A stretch of 64,000 nt of DNA. It comes from the human T2T-CHM13v2.0 reference genome, Homo sapiens. Both the position numbers and the translations under genes were made by a program. Positions 13,461-25,794 of this stretch are shown in pieces; positions within the stretch are counted from its first letter, which is position 1; the number at the start of each line of letters is the position of its first letter. The stretch lies in assembly GCF_009914755.1 (NCBI RefSeq), contig NC_060936.1; one strand, given 5' to 3'. The notes under the pieces are model-generated. The model searched no databases, had not been told where the DNA came from, and was given only the letters and a program-made list of their open reading frames with translations.

Positions 13461-13750
13461 GTATTGGGAGGGTGGCATTTGGAGTTTATTTCAGTCCTGA
13501 CTTTTTTGTTTTCAGTGCCTTTGAGATACCCAAGTGAAAATGTTTGGAACACATCTGGTTATATGCCCTGGAGCTCAAAGGAGTTGCCTGTGAGACAGAT
13601 ACTTATTTGAGAACCACGACAGATACGTATTTGAGAACCACTAGTATTTAGATGGCATTAAACCCATGGGGCTGGATAAAGTCACCTAGGGAGAGAATAT
13701 AGGGTAGCAAGAGAAGAGGGCCTATGGCTAAGCCTAGAGATCCTCAGATA

Positions 13751-13988
13751 CAGGTTGAATACCCCTCATTCAAAATGCTTGGGACCAGAAGTGTTTTGGA
13801 TCAGTTTTTTTTTTTCAGAATATGGAATATTTGCATTACTCTTTCCACTCCAACATCTTTAATCCAAAACTCCAAAACCCAAGATGTTCCAGTGAGCATT
13901 TCTTTTGAGCATCATGTCACCACTCAAAAAGCTTTGCATTTTGGAGCATTTCAGATTTTGGGTTTTCAAACTAGGGATGCTCAATCTG
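13751..13988 (-). mobile_element. Tigger4a/MER46A MITE, second copy
   Basis: TA-CAGGTTGAAT...GGGATGCTCAATCTG; homologous along its length to 432-669. Confidence 0.88.
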
Positions 13989-14151
13989 TTATTTCACAGC
14001 TGTTGAATGTATTTAATGACTGTTTTTCCTTTTTTCAGGACCACACATAAGGAGGAGGATAAGGCAAAGAGATAGAGAAGAAACAGACAGAGAGGTAGGA
14101 TAAGGGTAAAATGGGAGATTAATAGGAGATAATGAAGTTACTCAAGTCAAG

Positions 14152-14530
14152 TGATATAGTTTGGATCTGTGTCCCCTCCCAAATCTCATGTTAAAATGTA
14201 ATCCCTAATCCTGGAGGTGGAGACTGCTGAGAGGTCATTGGATCATGGGGTCAGATTTCTCCCTTTGCTGCTGTTCTCATGATAGAGTTCTCATAAGATC
14301 TGGTTGTTTAAAAGTGTGTAGCACCTCCCTCTCTCTCTCTTCTTCCTCCTCCAGCCATATAAGTCATGCCTGCTTCTCCTTTGCCTTCCACCATGATGGA
14401 AAGTTTCCTGAGGTCTCCCCAGAAGCCACTATGTTTCCTGTATAGCCTGCAGAGCCAATTAAATCTCTTTTCTGTTTAACTACCCAGTCTCAGGTATTTC
14501 TTTACAGCAATGTGAGAACGGAGTAATACA
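14152..14530 (+). mobile_element. MaLR solo LTR (MSTA/THE1D-like)
   Basis: TGATATAGTTTGG start, cccagtctcaggtatttcttt...aatgtgagaacggagtaatACA end. Confidence 0.9.
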
Positions 14531-15002
14531 CGAAGTGAGGAAGCATGTCAAGAGAGGAGAGTACTCAAATTCTGTCAAATGCTGCTAAGAAATGACATAA
14601 CGAGCAGTGAAAATACGCATTGGATAGTCAAGTACAGTGAGTACTCCAACATCCCCACTGGATTCAGCAGCATCATGGAGATCTTCAAGCACTGTCTGGA
14701 GACAGGTTTGAGTGGCCAGATGGAGATGTAAGCCAGACTGGAGGGGATTAAGATTGGGAGGTAAGAAAATAGAGGCAGTGAGTTTACAGAACTTGATCTA
14801 AAACTTGTCATTTAAAGCAACATCTACACCCTTGATTGTATGGGTATGAGGAAGTATGCATTATGCTTCCATTATTACATGCATGATTGTGAAAAAGGAA
14901 GTAGAGGTCTCAGAAGATTTTTCTGTGAGCTTTGAACCTTACATTCCGATGAGTTCAAATCCAGTGGAATGCACAGCTTTGAAGGAGTAAAGCTTAAGTA
15001 CT

Positions 15003-15075
15003 CACATGCATACACACATTCACTCATACACACACGCACGAGCATACACACACACGCACGAGCATACACACACAT
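15003..15075. repeat. CA-rich tandem repeat with (catacacacacacgcacgag)-type unit
   Basis: Directly visible. Confidence 0.85.
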
Positions 15076-15639
15076 GTTAAGAGGCTTATATACAAGCTCA
15101 TAATTCTTCCTGGACATCAAATGGTTCTTTATAGCCTCCATTTTGGTGACCTAAGTAGACTGAAAATTAAACAGAAACATAAGGATTAAATTCCCCTGGA
15201 AGTACTAGGGCTTTGAGGAAAAATAAGGAGAAAGAAAGAAATGTCTGGATGGTCACGCTGTGGTTTCTCCTTTCCTTCATGATTCCAAGACTTTGCAAAT
15301 GCCGTTGTAGAGAGCCTGCCAAACCTATGTGACATCAGCCAACATATCCCACCAACACCCTACCCTAAAGCCTCTTCTCCCACGCCATCCTCTGTGTGCG
15401 AGAAGGAAGTGGGATGACAGATCAGTGTTCTCATGTATTAATGAGTGGAAGCAGAGCCTCACAGACTAGCTGGCTTCTTAGAGAAAAGAATTCAGACACA
15501 ATAGCCTTTGTTTTAATCTGAGAGCCATGTATTTATGACAAATTGGGAGTGAACAAGCCTGGATAGGGACCGTGCCATCTTGCAATTCTCTGGTGCTTTT
15601 GCAGTAAGCCATGGCTGTAGAAAGCTGTTTTTTCAGTCT

Positions 15640-16140
15640 GGCTAGGATCCATTTTACCTGTCAGTTGGCATGAACCTTTCCCACCAATATACATATGAAG
15701 CAGACCCTGCCAATCAGAGCATTCCATTAGCAATTGGTCCAAAGATGAGCACATGACAACTGACGGCCAATCAGAGAAGTGAGAGGCTTAATTCCAAGTC
15801 TTTTGTTGGAACTACCAGGGGAGGGGGTGGGGGAAGGAGTTCTTTTCTGTTTTACTTCAGGCTAGGAGAATAGCACACAAAACTGGAATGGTTAGTATCA
15901 TCTTTTCATATTATTACAAAGGGAAAACCTCCAGATAATAGAGCCCATACAGGGAAAAGTAGGACCCAAGAGGCAACAGGATAAAATGAAGTCCTGAATG
16001 TACAATTTCAGCCCTTGTATGAAGCCATACCTAAATTTAAATTTACAGCTGTCTTTTTTCAGTAACTTGAGCCTATAAATTTATTTTCATTTAATCCTGT
16101 TGCATTGGAATTCTGTAGTTTTCAACTGAGAGACCTTCTT
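15640..16140 (+). mobile_element. Old MaLR LTR (MLT1J/K/L-like)
   Basis: ccaatcagagcatt...attggtcc...gagcacatgac...ggccaatcaga; 3' ttgagcc.ataaattt...ttctgtagttttcaactgagaga. Confidence 0.6.
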
Positions 16141-16309
16141 GAGCCAGCCTTATTTCAGGTGCCTATAATATTATGAGATATCATTTGGGAAATTATCCTA
16201 TCTTCAATTTACCCATGGATAAATGACAGCAGGGATTGTTCCCATCTGAGCAGTGCTTCACACATTCTAGAATGCCCTTACCAAGGGTGACTATTCAAAG
16301 TGGCCATTT

Positions 16310-16400
16310 TAGTTGGTATAGCCAACATCTGCTGACATCTGTTCCAACAGGTTCATCCCCATTCCATCTAGATTGCTAAATATTTTTAGTATCACCTCTG
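16310..16400. mobile_element. hAT MITE end (MER63-like)
   Basis: gattgctaaatatttttagtatcacctctg terminus. Confidence 0.4.
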
Positions 16401-17189
16401 CTTTCAACTACATGATTGCATTTACATTGCAAATCCAAGCGGGAGCCAACCAAAGACTAATGCCACAAAGCTCATTTTATAGATAAGCAAGATAAAACTC
16501 AGAAGTGACTTCCTCAAGCAAATAAAAGGCCAAAACTGGTTTGAAATTGGGAATTCGGTTTCAAGGCTCTGCACCTCACTGTGTTCTACACAGAATGCAA
16601 CTTATATTTTTTCCCTTACTATTTAACATAAAAGGGACTAAGGGATTTATATGCATTGAACAGACACAACAGACTCCAAGAGGTAGGTTTTATTGGAGCC
16701 TTCATTTCACATATAAGGAAGCTAACATTCAGTGACGTTAAGGTCACTTTCATAGGAAATGACAAAAACAGGATTTGAACTCAGATCTCCCTGCTCTAAA
16801 AAACGATGTGGCTCCTACGCTCAAGAATCTAGTTGTAGAGACAGGATATGTAAACCTTTATTAACCATAGGCTAAAAAATATATTGGATATAATTATACT
16901 CAGGTAATATATACTATATGAGATCAGGACAAAGAGCAGTTAACCAAGTTTGAGCCATCAGGAAAAGCTATCATACAGGATTTCAAATTAACTCCAGAAA
17001 CATTTTGTGATTTTATAATTCTGTGGCTACTTTGTAGAAACTTGATGAGCTATACTAAAAGTCTTGAAGAATGAATGGGGCTTAGTTATACAGAGACAAG
17101 GGAATCCTGGGCAAAATGGCCAATACTCAAAGGCATCTAAACATGGTAAAAACCTAGAATGTTCAAGAAAGAAGACCAATCTGCCTAGG

Positions 17190-17382
17190 TTAGGATTGGT
17201 AAATCAGCTTTGTTTTACATGCCAAGCCCCATCATTGAGAGTGGCTGCCTGGAGTACTGTGTTAAAGACAATGGTGAGCTACTGAGGAGTCTGGAAGAAG
17301 AGTTCTGAGATTGCTTGTTGATGTCTGCCATGGACATGGGATGGGAACCTGAGAGCCCAAGTGCCACGTATTTGCCATCATA
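17190..17382 (+). mobile_element. MER117-like hAT-Charlie element
   Basis: agtggctgcctggag...gatgtctgccatgg...gtgccacgtatttgccatc. Confidence 0.7.
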
Positions 17383-17954
17383 AGATTGCGGAGTATAAGA
17401 TACATTAAAGGATGAGTAAGGAAGAAGGCTGAAGAACTATCTTAGGGTAAAGAACACAGAATTATTTTCTGTGATATGGAGTTCAGACTTGATTTACTTG
17501 ATTTAACAGACAAGAAGGAGTGATTGTGAGTTCTTGAACAGAGGCGGCTCTAAATAAAATTAGAATAACTAGAAGGCAGCCATATGAAATTTGGTTCCTG
17601 ATCATTCACAACAGCTTCTGGACTGACCTTCTTTTCAGAGAGTTGGTCATCAGGTATCAAAGCAATGCTTTAAAAGGAAGAAACAGATGATTTATATACT
17701 CACTGTTGGGTTAAAGCTCAAGTTGGAAGCAAGCACCTGGCCTTCACCATGGATTCTGGATTAGCTAATAAAATCCCAGATATCGCTGGCACAACCCTGA
17801 CATCCTCCCAATGGTCATTAGGCCATCTCAATTGTATTCTTGAATATAGTGTTTCACAGGCAGAAATTATGTCACTGAAGATTTAGATCTGGCCCAATCT
17901 CATCACAGGTCATCATCCTGTGACACTGTTATCATTCTCATCCTCATCATCACT

Positions 17955-18165
17955 CAGATTTATTGAGCATATAGTATGTGCTAGGGTAAGCCTTACTTTA
18001 CATTTTTATCTCAGTTTATCCTCATAACAACCCTGAGTAGGAGTAGCATGCCCATTTGACAGATGAGTAAAATGAACCTTCGAGAGGTAATGTAAATTGA
18101 CCACGGTGGAACTAAAGATACAAACTGAGGTCTGTCTGCTGCCAAGGCTGTGCTCTTTACCATTA
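17955..18165 (-). mobile_element. MIR
   Basis: tttattgagcat...tttatcctcataacaaccctgag...cccatttgacagatgag. Confidence 0.8.
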
Positions 18166-19124
18166 TTGTCACTTAGGCCACGGCTGTGCACATGTAGGCT
18201 CCAGCAAATACTATCCCCACTTACATCATAGCATGCAAACCACAGACAAGCCCATGTGAATGCCTGTTGGGACTGTGAATGCTGCCCCACTCCTTCCCCA
18301 GATAACAACAGAGCCACAAGAACCTGGCAATTAATTTTTATGTTAACCACACACCCCAAAATACCTACTGTCAAGAAAGAGGCTTGGGAGTGTCTCATCC
18401 CCAAAACATCATTTCCAGGGTTCATAGTAATATTTCCAAAGCATTAAATACAGTTCTGAAATTGGGGCACAGGGGACCTCACAGATTTTGATTTCATAGA
18501 TTGTGATCGAGGTTAAACCCCTACTTTCCCAAGATCTGGCCACAACCCCTTCTGGAAACCTGGGCTTTATTTTAATTTTCTGAAACATCTAAAACTCCCA
18601 GAACATGTAAGGGCAATTCTCTGCCCTTATATGCTCTGTTTAGGAGGGTGACAACAACAAAAACAAAACCTCCAGATACAACTAATGCCATATTTCAAAT
18701 ACATCTCTGAGAAGTTGGAAGGTAACCAGAAACTCTCCCATTCTGATTTTCTGGTTCAAGAAGCCTTTGTTTATTTAACTGAGACATAATAAGTCAATTT
18801 TCTTTTACCTTTAACCTCTTAAAACACTCTGTGGTTTTTGTAGATTTCCTTTTCACATGTACAATGACATCAGCTTCTGTTTTTATTACATATAAAAGTT
18901 GCCCACTCTCCATCAAGCCCATTTTTGTAAGAATCCATTTCAGGGTATTTAAAAAACTGAGTAGAACATCTCCCCAAAAGCTAACGAAGTTTTCTTTCTT
19001 TCCCCTCATGTTTACTTGAATCTGTACAATGGAATCATTGTAAAATGTTATGAAAGTGTGACTCCCCAAAACATTTATTTGAAAAATGAAGATTCCTATG
19101 GTCCAGTTTGTAGTGCCTCATCAC

Positions 19125-19520
19125 TGCATCAGTCAGGATAAGTTGAGTTTTACTGCAGTAACAAACAACCCCCAGTCTTAGGCCCTTAAAACAGCAGAGC
19201 TCAATTTCTCATTTGCACTACGTTTCTTTTACACATCATCTAGGGGTCTGCCCACCATGTCCTCACTCTGGTACAAGGCTAACAGAGCAGCCAACATTTA
19301 GAAACTTCCTTATTACTATGGTAGAAAGACAGAATGCTGTTAATTGCATGCTAGCTCTTAAAACTTCCACCCAGAAGTGACACATCACTTCTACTCACAT
19401 TTAGTGCCAAAGTAAGTCACCTGGCCATGGCCCCTCCTCATTCCAAACTGCATGAAAATCCAATTCTTTGCAGAACAAAGTCAGAAAATATTGAATAGCC
19501 CTCATGACTTCTGCTATCGC
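19125..19520 (-). mobile_element. MaLR LTR (MLT1J/K-like)
   Basis: tcagtcaggata...tgcagtaacaaacaaccccc...cttccacccagaagtgacacatcactt...gccaaagtaagtcac. Confidence 0.75.
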
Positions 19521-19569
19521 CACATCACACTATCTGGGAGGAAGGTGTGCACAACAGTAGTGATGAAAG

Positions 19570-19775
19570 CTCATCTTTATTGAGTGTCTACTAAGTACCA
19601 AATAAGAGATTAAAGGTTTTGCATGTACCGTCTCCTTTAATCCTATGACAACTTTAAGGATGAGGAACAAGAGAGGGACAAGGAAGGTTAGTCACTTGTT
19701 CAACATCACCCAGCTAGTAAAGGGTTGTGCTGGGACTTGAATCCAGGTATTCCAGTTCCAGACTGTTTGCTCCTA
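19570..19775 (-). mobile_element. MIR
   Basis: tttattgagtgtctacta...tttaatcctatgacaac...cacttg..caacatcacccagctagtaa...gggacttgaatccagg. Confidence 0.75.
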
Positions 19776-20542
19776 ACGGTTCACCAAAAATGCCTCCCAA
19801 TGCTACTATTGCTACTGCCACTAATACTCCTCTTAGCTCAATTTTTCTCATCTATACAATGAAAATAATAATCCCTACTTATGATACTTGCGGGTTACCT
19901 GAGAAAATAAAGCAAAAATGCTTCCTAATGTAGGGTTTTGCCATATACTATCTGGTTTGATCCACACAATTATCATGTAAGGTGAATTGGTAAAAATTTA
20001 TTAACCCAATTTTATAAGGGAGAAAACAGACTCAACAGGATACTTAATGTGTCCAAGGTAACAAGTGAGTAGGGTCAAAGCTGGGATTCATGTCTTCTGA
20101 ATTACAAAACAATGCTGTTCACAATACAACCTATCTTGTCCCCCAGAACATCTCAAAATCAAGGATTCTAGAAACCAAAACCAATCAGTTTCGATCAATG
20201 GTGCTGACACTCCACAGCACTATAGAAGCACATAGAGGGAGACATCCCAGAGCAGTTTCTTAGATTTATTCCCAAACACTCAGAAAGGTTACCACAATTT
20301 TTGGTGGGAAAAATAACAGAACCAATAACTGTTAGAACTGATTTTATCCTGAGCTATATCTAGGAGAGGCAGCATTCTTACTGCCACCCTCTAATCGCAC
20401 ACACCCAAGGCAGACATTACTAGCCAATCAGAACAGTTCCCTACTAAGACCAGATACAGCTTGAAAATCATCCTCAACACTATAACCCAGGCAGTCACCA
20501 AAGTCAGTCATGGCTGGGACTCAAGAAGAAACATTTTGCCAT

Positions 20543-21035
20543 CTGTTCTGATTATCTATTGCTGCACAACACACTACCCCAAGACTTCATGGCTTGAAAC
20601 ATGATTTTCATTTTTCACTATTTTCTGGGTCAGGGATTTGGACAGAGCTCAGCTGGACAATTCTCAATATGTGGTTTACTAAGGGCCACTCAGTTGTATT
20701 TAGCCAATGGCTGAAAGTTCAGGGGGTTCCAAATGGCTTCAGTGGTAACTTCTAGAAGGCTGGGCTCAGCTGGGCCACCTCCTATTCCATGTGGTCTCAG
20801 AGCCTCTCCATGCGGAATCTTCAGCACAGTAGTCTGACTTACATAGCTGCTCAGGGTTTCGAGAGTGAGCAGGAAGTGTAATCTTCTAGCCTTTAACTCC
20901 CAAACCGAATGTCACTTCCTCCATATTTTATTGGTCAAGCAGTCACAGAGCCCACCCAGATTCAAGGGGCAGAGACCTAGACCTCACCTCTCCATGGAAG
21001 GCATGTGAGAAAAAAAATGTGTGGCCATTATTAAG
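20543..21035 (-). mobile_element. MaLR LTR (MLT1H/I-like)
   Basis: ttatctattgctgc...ctgggtcagggatttggacagagctcagctgg...gtcacttcctccatattttattggtcaagcagtcacagagcc. Confidence 0.75.
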
Positions 21036-21194
21036 CAAACTTTGTCTTTACTCTAGAACAAACACAATGGAACAGATGGACTTCCCTTCAAGAAAGATCT
21101 TCTGAAGAACCTTCTCCAACTTTAAGTCTTCCCAACTCCCTCTGTCATAAAAACTAAAATGAAGCCCACTGCCTTCTAAGAATAATTGCTTTTC

Positions 21195-21400
21195 TTGATT
21201 GAGCATTTACTAAATGCCAGGCATTAGGCAAAATGCCTCACATGCATTACCTTACAAACACTACACAACAGCCTTGAAAAGCAGAAATTCATATCCTCAG
21301 TTTACTGGTAAGAAAACTGAGGCTTCCCAGTTTAAGTACCTTGACCAAAGTTACACAGACAGGATGCAAAATTTTCTTTGTGTGGTTCCAAAGCTTTTAA
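21195..21400 (-). mobile_element. MIR
   Basis: ttgagcatttacta.atgccaggca...gaaaactgaggc...ccaaagttacacag. Confidence 0.75.
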
Positions 21401-21667
21401 CTTCCCTGTTTCTTAGACAAGGATTACCACTGCAAAGTGTTTTTATGGACAAGTCTATGCTGCTATCTGACTGTCACCACACTTCTTCCTTATAACAAGC
21501 AAGACCCATAGCCAGGGACTGGCGAGACCCTCAAGCTACAAGATCTTCCTGTGACAAGCACAAACTTTGAGAAGCATCTTGTGTGGGGCAGAATCCCAGT
21601 GAGAAAAACTTTCTGAATTCCTTCCTGGAAATAACAGCCAGGTTGGAGTCCCTAAGAATCAGAGTCT

Positions 21668-21854
21668 GCAACACTGTCAAATGGAACTCTCTGAGGTCAT
21701 GGAAACATCTATGTCTGCACTATCCAATATGGTAGCCACTAGCCACATAGAGATATTGCATGCTGGAAATGTGGCTGGAGCAATGGAGGAACTGACTTTT
21801 AAATTGTATTAAGTAGCCATGTGTGGCTAGTGGCTACCATATTGGACCACACAG
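21668..21854. mobile_element. MER3 (hAT-Charlie)
   Basis: tccaatatggtagccactagccacat...atgtgtggctagtggctaccatattgga internal inverted repeat. Confidence 0.85.
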
Positions 21855-21857
21855 GTC

Positions 21858-22145
21858 TAGAGGGTTCAAATTCAAGTGTTCACTCCCTCAACCCCGAGCT
21901 GTTTTACCAGCTGACTCCACCAAGCCACTTCTCTTCAACCAAGTAAGGATCCATTTGGACAGGCTTTCCAGATGGCATGCCAATAGCCTGTAGTCCATAA
22001 ATAAAAAGAAATAGAAATTTCTATTTATTTATAAGGGCCATCCTGTTCCTGTTCCTGAGTCACAATCATCCCTATTGCATTAGGCCAAGTCAGCCTCACT
22101 GCTTTGTCACCTGGCTGGCCCTTGAAGGTGTGATTTTGAGAATGC
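21858..22145. mobile_element. MER102-like hAT-Charlie
   Basis: aggccaagtcagcctcact..tttgtcacctggctggcccttgaagg terminal region. Confidence 0.55.
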
Positions 22146-23391
22146 CATTCCACATACTCTATCTCATACAATTTTTTGTCTCAGATCCATAACATTCCTT
22201 ATTAAAATCTCCAGCAGCTGATAGCTTTGTCCCTTCCTCCCTGCAGTAAAGTTCCCATCTCTCTTTCCAAATTTCCTTTCTGTTAACATCCTACCTTGTC
22301 TAATTTAACTCCTGTAGCCTTAGATAATGAAAAGATGTAGGTGAAAAAGGAACTCAAACTTCCTAGATATGGAAGGTGGCTCCATCAGATGGCAGGGTTT
22401 AAATGTTACCTCCCTTATGAGTTAGACAAAGGCATTCATAGTTTTTGCCCTCTTTGAATTTAAAATTTGTTGTGCTGCCACAGGGGAAAAAAAGGTATGA
22501 TATTGGTATTCCCCTTATACAGTTGATTTCATGGGAGTTTGATGGTTCCAAGGCTTTTCTAACAGTCACAAAATTACTTTTGATAAGTGTTTTGACAGGT
22601 GCCCTCCCCTCACCCTCCAGCAAGTGTTTTTAACCTGAGATCTGCAAAACCACAAGAGGCCAGGGTTGAAACTCAATGGCTCTGTGATTTTTTTTATCCA
22701 AAAAAAAACCAAAAAAAAACAAAAAAACAAAAAACAAAAAAACTATATCTTTATTTTTCTTAACCTCTAACCAAAATTAGCATTTCCATCAATAATGAAG
22801 GTAGATAGCAAATCACAATGGTATTAATGGTCCCTGTGAATTTGCCATCCGTAGAAACCATAAATATTTTTATGTTGCATTTCAATTGTCAGAGAAACCT
22901 CAAAATAACATGTGCGCTCATCACCATTTTGAGTTATCCTAATCATCAGATGAATTAGACTAGACCTAGTTACTTGATGAATTAACTTAAAAACACATAT
23001 TTTTATAACTTATAGTTGTGGCATTGTGGTTTCTTTAATCTTACTACAGCATTTAAATATAGTCATGCATTGCTTAATGATGGGGATCTGTTCTGAAAAA
23101 TGTATCTAGGCAGTTGTGACATTGTGCAAACATCACAGAGTACGCTGACACAAACCTAGACTGGACAGCCTACTACACACCTAGGCTGTAGAGTATAGCC
23201 TATTGCTCCTAGGCTACAAACCTGTACAGCATGTTACTGTACTGAATACTATAGGCAATTGTAACACAAAAGGGAAGTATTTGTATATCTAAACATAGAA
23301 AAGGAATTTTTATACTGTAATAAAATTACAGTATAAAAGGAATAAATAAAAGGAATTTTATACTGTAATAAAATTACAGTATAAAAGACGT

Positions 23392-23462
23392 ATGATTTAT
23401 AATCCTTTGGGTATATACCCAGTAATGGGATTGCTGGGTCAAATGGTATTTCTAGTTCTAGA
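23392..23462 (-). mobile_element. L1PA inverted 5' segment (twin priming)
   Basis: atgatttataatcctttgggtatatacccagtaatgggattgctgggtcaaatggtatttctagttctaga is antisense L1 ORF2 end. Confidence 0.9.
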
Positions 23463-23847
23463 CTGGACAAAGAAAATGTGGCATATATACACCATGGAAT
23501 ACTATGCAGCCATAAAAAAGGATGAGTTCATGTCCTTTGCAGGACATGGATGAAGCTGGAAACCATCATTCTCAGCAAACTGTCACAAGAACAGAAAATC
23601 AAACACTGAATGTTCTCACTCATAAGTGGGAGTTGAACAATGAGAACACATGGACACAGGGAGGGGAACATCACACACCAGGGCCTGTCAGCGGGTGGGA
23701 GGCTAGGGGAGGGATAGCATTAGAAGAAATACCTCATGTAGTGATGGGTTGATGGGTGCAGCAAACCACCATGGCACGTGTATACCTATGTAACAAAACT
23801 GCACGTTCTGCACATGTACCCCAGAACTTAAAGTAAAATAAAAAAAA
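23459..23847 (+). mobile_element. L1PA5/6-like 3' end with A tail
   Basis: gaaaatgtggcatatatacaccatggaatactatgcagccataaaaaag...ctgcacatgtaccccagaacttaaagta + A tail. Confidence 0.93.
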
Positions 23848-24829
23848 TTTTTTTGAGATATAAACTTATATACCTGTATAGGGCGCTTACCATGAATGGA
23901 GCTTGCAGGACTGGAAGTTGCTCTGGGTGAGTCAGTGAGTGAGTGGTGAGTGAATGTGAAGGCCTAGGATATTACCATGCTCTACTGCAGACCTTATAAA
24001 CACAGTACACTTAGGCTATGCTAAATTTATTTCTAAATTTCTCCTTTCTTAAATAATAAATTAACCTTAGCTTATTAGATGACCTCCACAGTATATTTGG
24101 TCCATTGTTGACTGAAGGTCTTTATGCAGCACATGATCGTATAATTGATATCCTTTGTAATTCTATGTATATGCTATGCATTTAGAAATAGTTTCTCCAA
24201 ACTACAAAAGGGGTTCATCATACATCGAAAGTTAAGAGTCCTGCCATATAGTAAAGATTTTCTTATGCTCTGCCTCCCCACTTATAAACCACCCTTGCTT
24301 GGTCCACACTCTTTGTTCTGCCTCTCTTCCAAGAAGTGAGTGGTCTACAAAGGCCCTAATGACTGCAGCCATGGGATCTGGTCAACTCCAGTTTAGCTCC
24401 CCCAGTCAGCTGTTAATTATGTTCCTACTTTGTCCCAGGCTCTGTGCTAGGGACATATAAATATCTATGTATATATTACCTTTAATCTTCACTAGATGGC
24501 ACATGTTATCTACATTTTCTAAAACTAGGAGTTTAAAGTTCAGAGAGATAAAGAAATGTACCTAAGTGCAGATGCCAAGTAGTCGTGCAGCTGATGTTCC
24601 CTAAATTTGCCCATTTGATCTTTGCAGCATTGGCGAATTGGCAGCAGCATAATCACATGGGCCTAAAATTAAAAAGGGAAATGGCTCCGCTTTCTCCATC
24701 CCCTACCATTAGAATCCGCTTAAACCCAACCTGAAGGGATAAAGAAAGAACTCCATACAAACAGCACTCACTTGGGACCACCTCTCTTAAGTTAGATTTT
24801 TTTATACCCACCTTCTTGGATAAGGTATC

Positions 24830-25105
24830 CCAACTCAGCCAGTTATCCAGATGTCAAAGTCAGAAACCTAAGAATTATTCTTGACATCTCCCTCTTCCTT
24901 AGCCCTCACATGCTCTATCCCAAGTCTTTGCCATCTACTTCATTTCTGACATCCACTCACTTCCCCCTCATCCACTTAATCCAAGCTACCACGCTCCTAT
25001 GCCTGGACTATTGCAATGTCCTTTCCCCAAAACTGGCCTTCCAGCTTCCATTCATGTTCCAGTCTAGTCTCCACCCCACCACTCAAGTGCTCTATCTGAT
25101 CACGT
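24830..25105 (+). mobile_element. L2 fragment
   Basis: agtcagaaacctaaga...cttgacatctccctc...atccaagctacc...cctggactattgcaa. Confidence 0.65.
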
Positions 25106-25794
25106 CAGATACTTAGTGTGGTTATGTGATAAATGTCTGAGCCCCTGGATTCTACGGTGCCTGAAGCCAGATACCTTTGGGTGTTTCCATTATATAAGCC
25201 CAAAGTTTCCCTCTACTTAAGCCATTTGTATTTAGCTCTCTGTCCCCTGCAACAAATATAGCCTAGCTAATACTTACCTCTTTCCCCCATCTCCCTGATC
25301 ACTCCTTAGTTATCATTGCACCCCATGAGGCTTGTCCAATGCTTTGTACATATTAGGCACACAATAAATGTTTGCTAAAGTGAGTTGATCTGAATGGTAT
25401 TCAGAGTCTTATTCTAGATAGAAATGGGGTCTTAAAAGAGAAAGGCCTTGGCCGTGTCCTTGAAAAGCCCACAAAAAGTCACTGCACAAAGATGTAAAAG
25501 GCAAACCTAACTGTTGACAACAAAATTCTGTCACCAGTTCTCTTCTCCTCCACGAAGTGGGTTTTAAGAGCAACATAGAGAGTTTTCATCACGTCCTTAA
25601 ATGTGGTTTTGCTTTACTTCCCAAGCCCTAGAAAACACTCTCATCTCCTGGGCCTCTTCTGTTTTCAAGTCCAGACTGAAAAAAAAAAAAAAAGGGCATG
25701 TAGAAAAATCCTATAATTACCAGATCTGATTTTCATTTGAACTTTTCCTCTCTGACATCACTTCAAAGATCTTTGGTGATGGCAGCCAGTAAGG

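Larger units (their letters stand above)
13500..14810 (-). mobile_element. L2 segment interrupted by Tigger4a and MSTA
   Basis: gagatacccaagtg, ggagctcaaagg, tagatggcattaaacccatggg, agagtactcaaattctgtcaaatgctgct, aagccagactggagggg. Confidence 0.75.
23060..24139 (-). mobile_element. Tigger3-family (MER7) element split by L1
   Basis: TA-flanked (23058-59, 24140-41); agtcatgcattgcttaatgatgggga...gcctactacacacctaggct...ttaccatgaatggagcttgcaggactggaagttgctctggg. Confidence 0.9.
22618..24243. mobile_element. Charlie4a (split by Tigger3 at 23060-24139)
   Basis: ttttaacctg start, tttattttt.ttaacctctaac.aaaattagcatttcc, resumes taattgatatcctttgtaattctatgtat...gttaagagtcctg. Confidence 0.78.

Noticed and set aside
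21715-21850. Long inverted repeat resembling a pre-miRNA hairpin
   Set aside because: Intrinsic internal palindrome of MER3; no evidence of processing
23249-23470. ORF with L1 ORF2 motif LELEIPFDPAIPLLGIYPKDYKS
   Set aside because: Only the 71-bp inverted L1 fragment; not a functional ORF2
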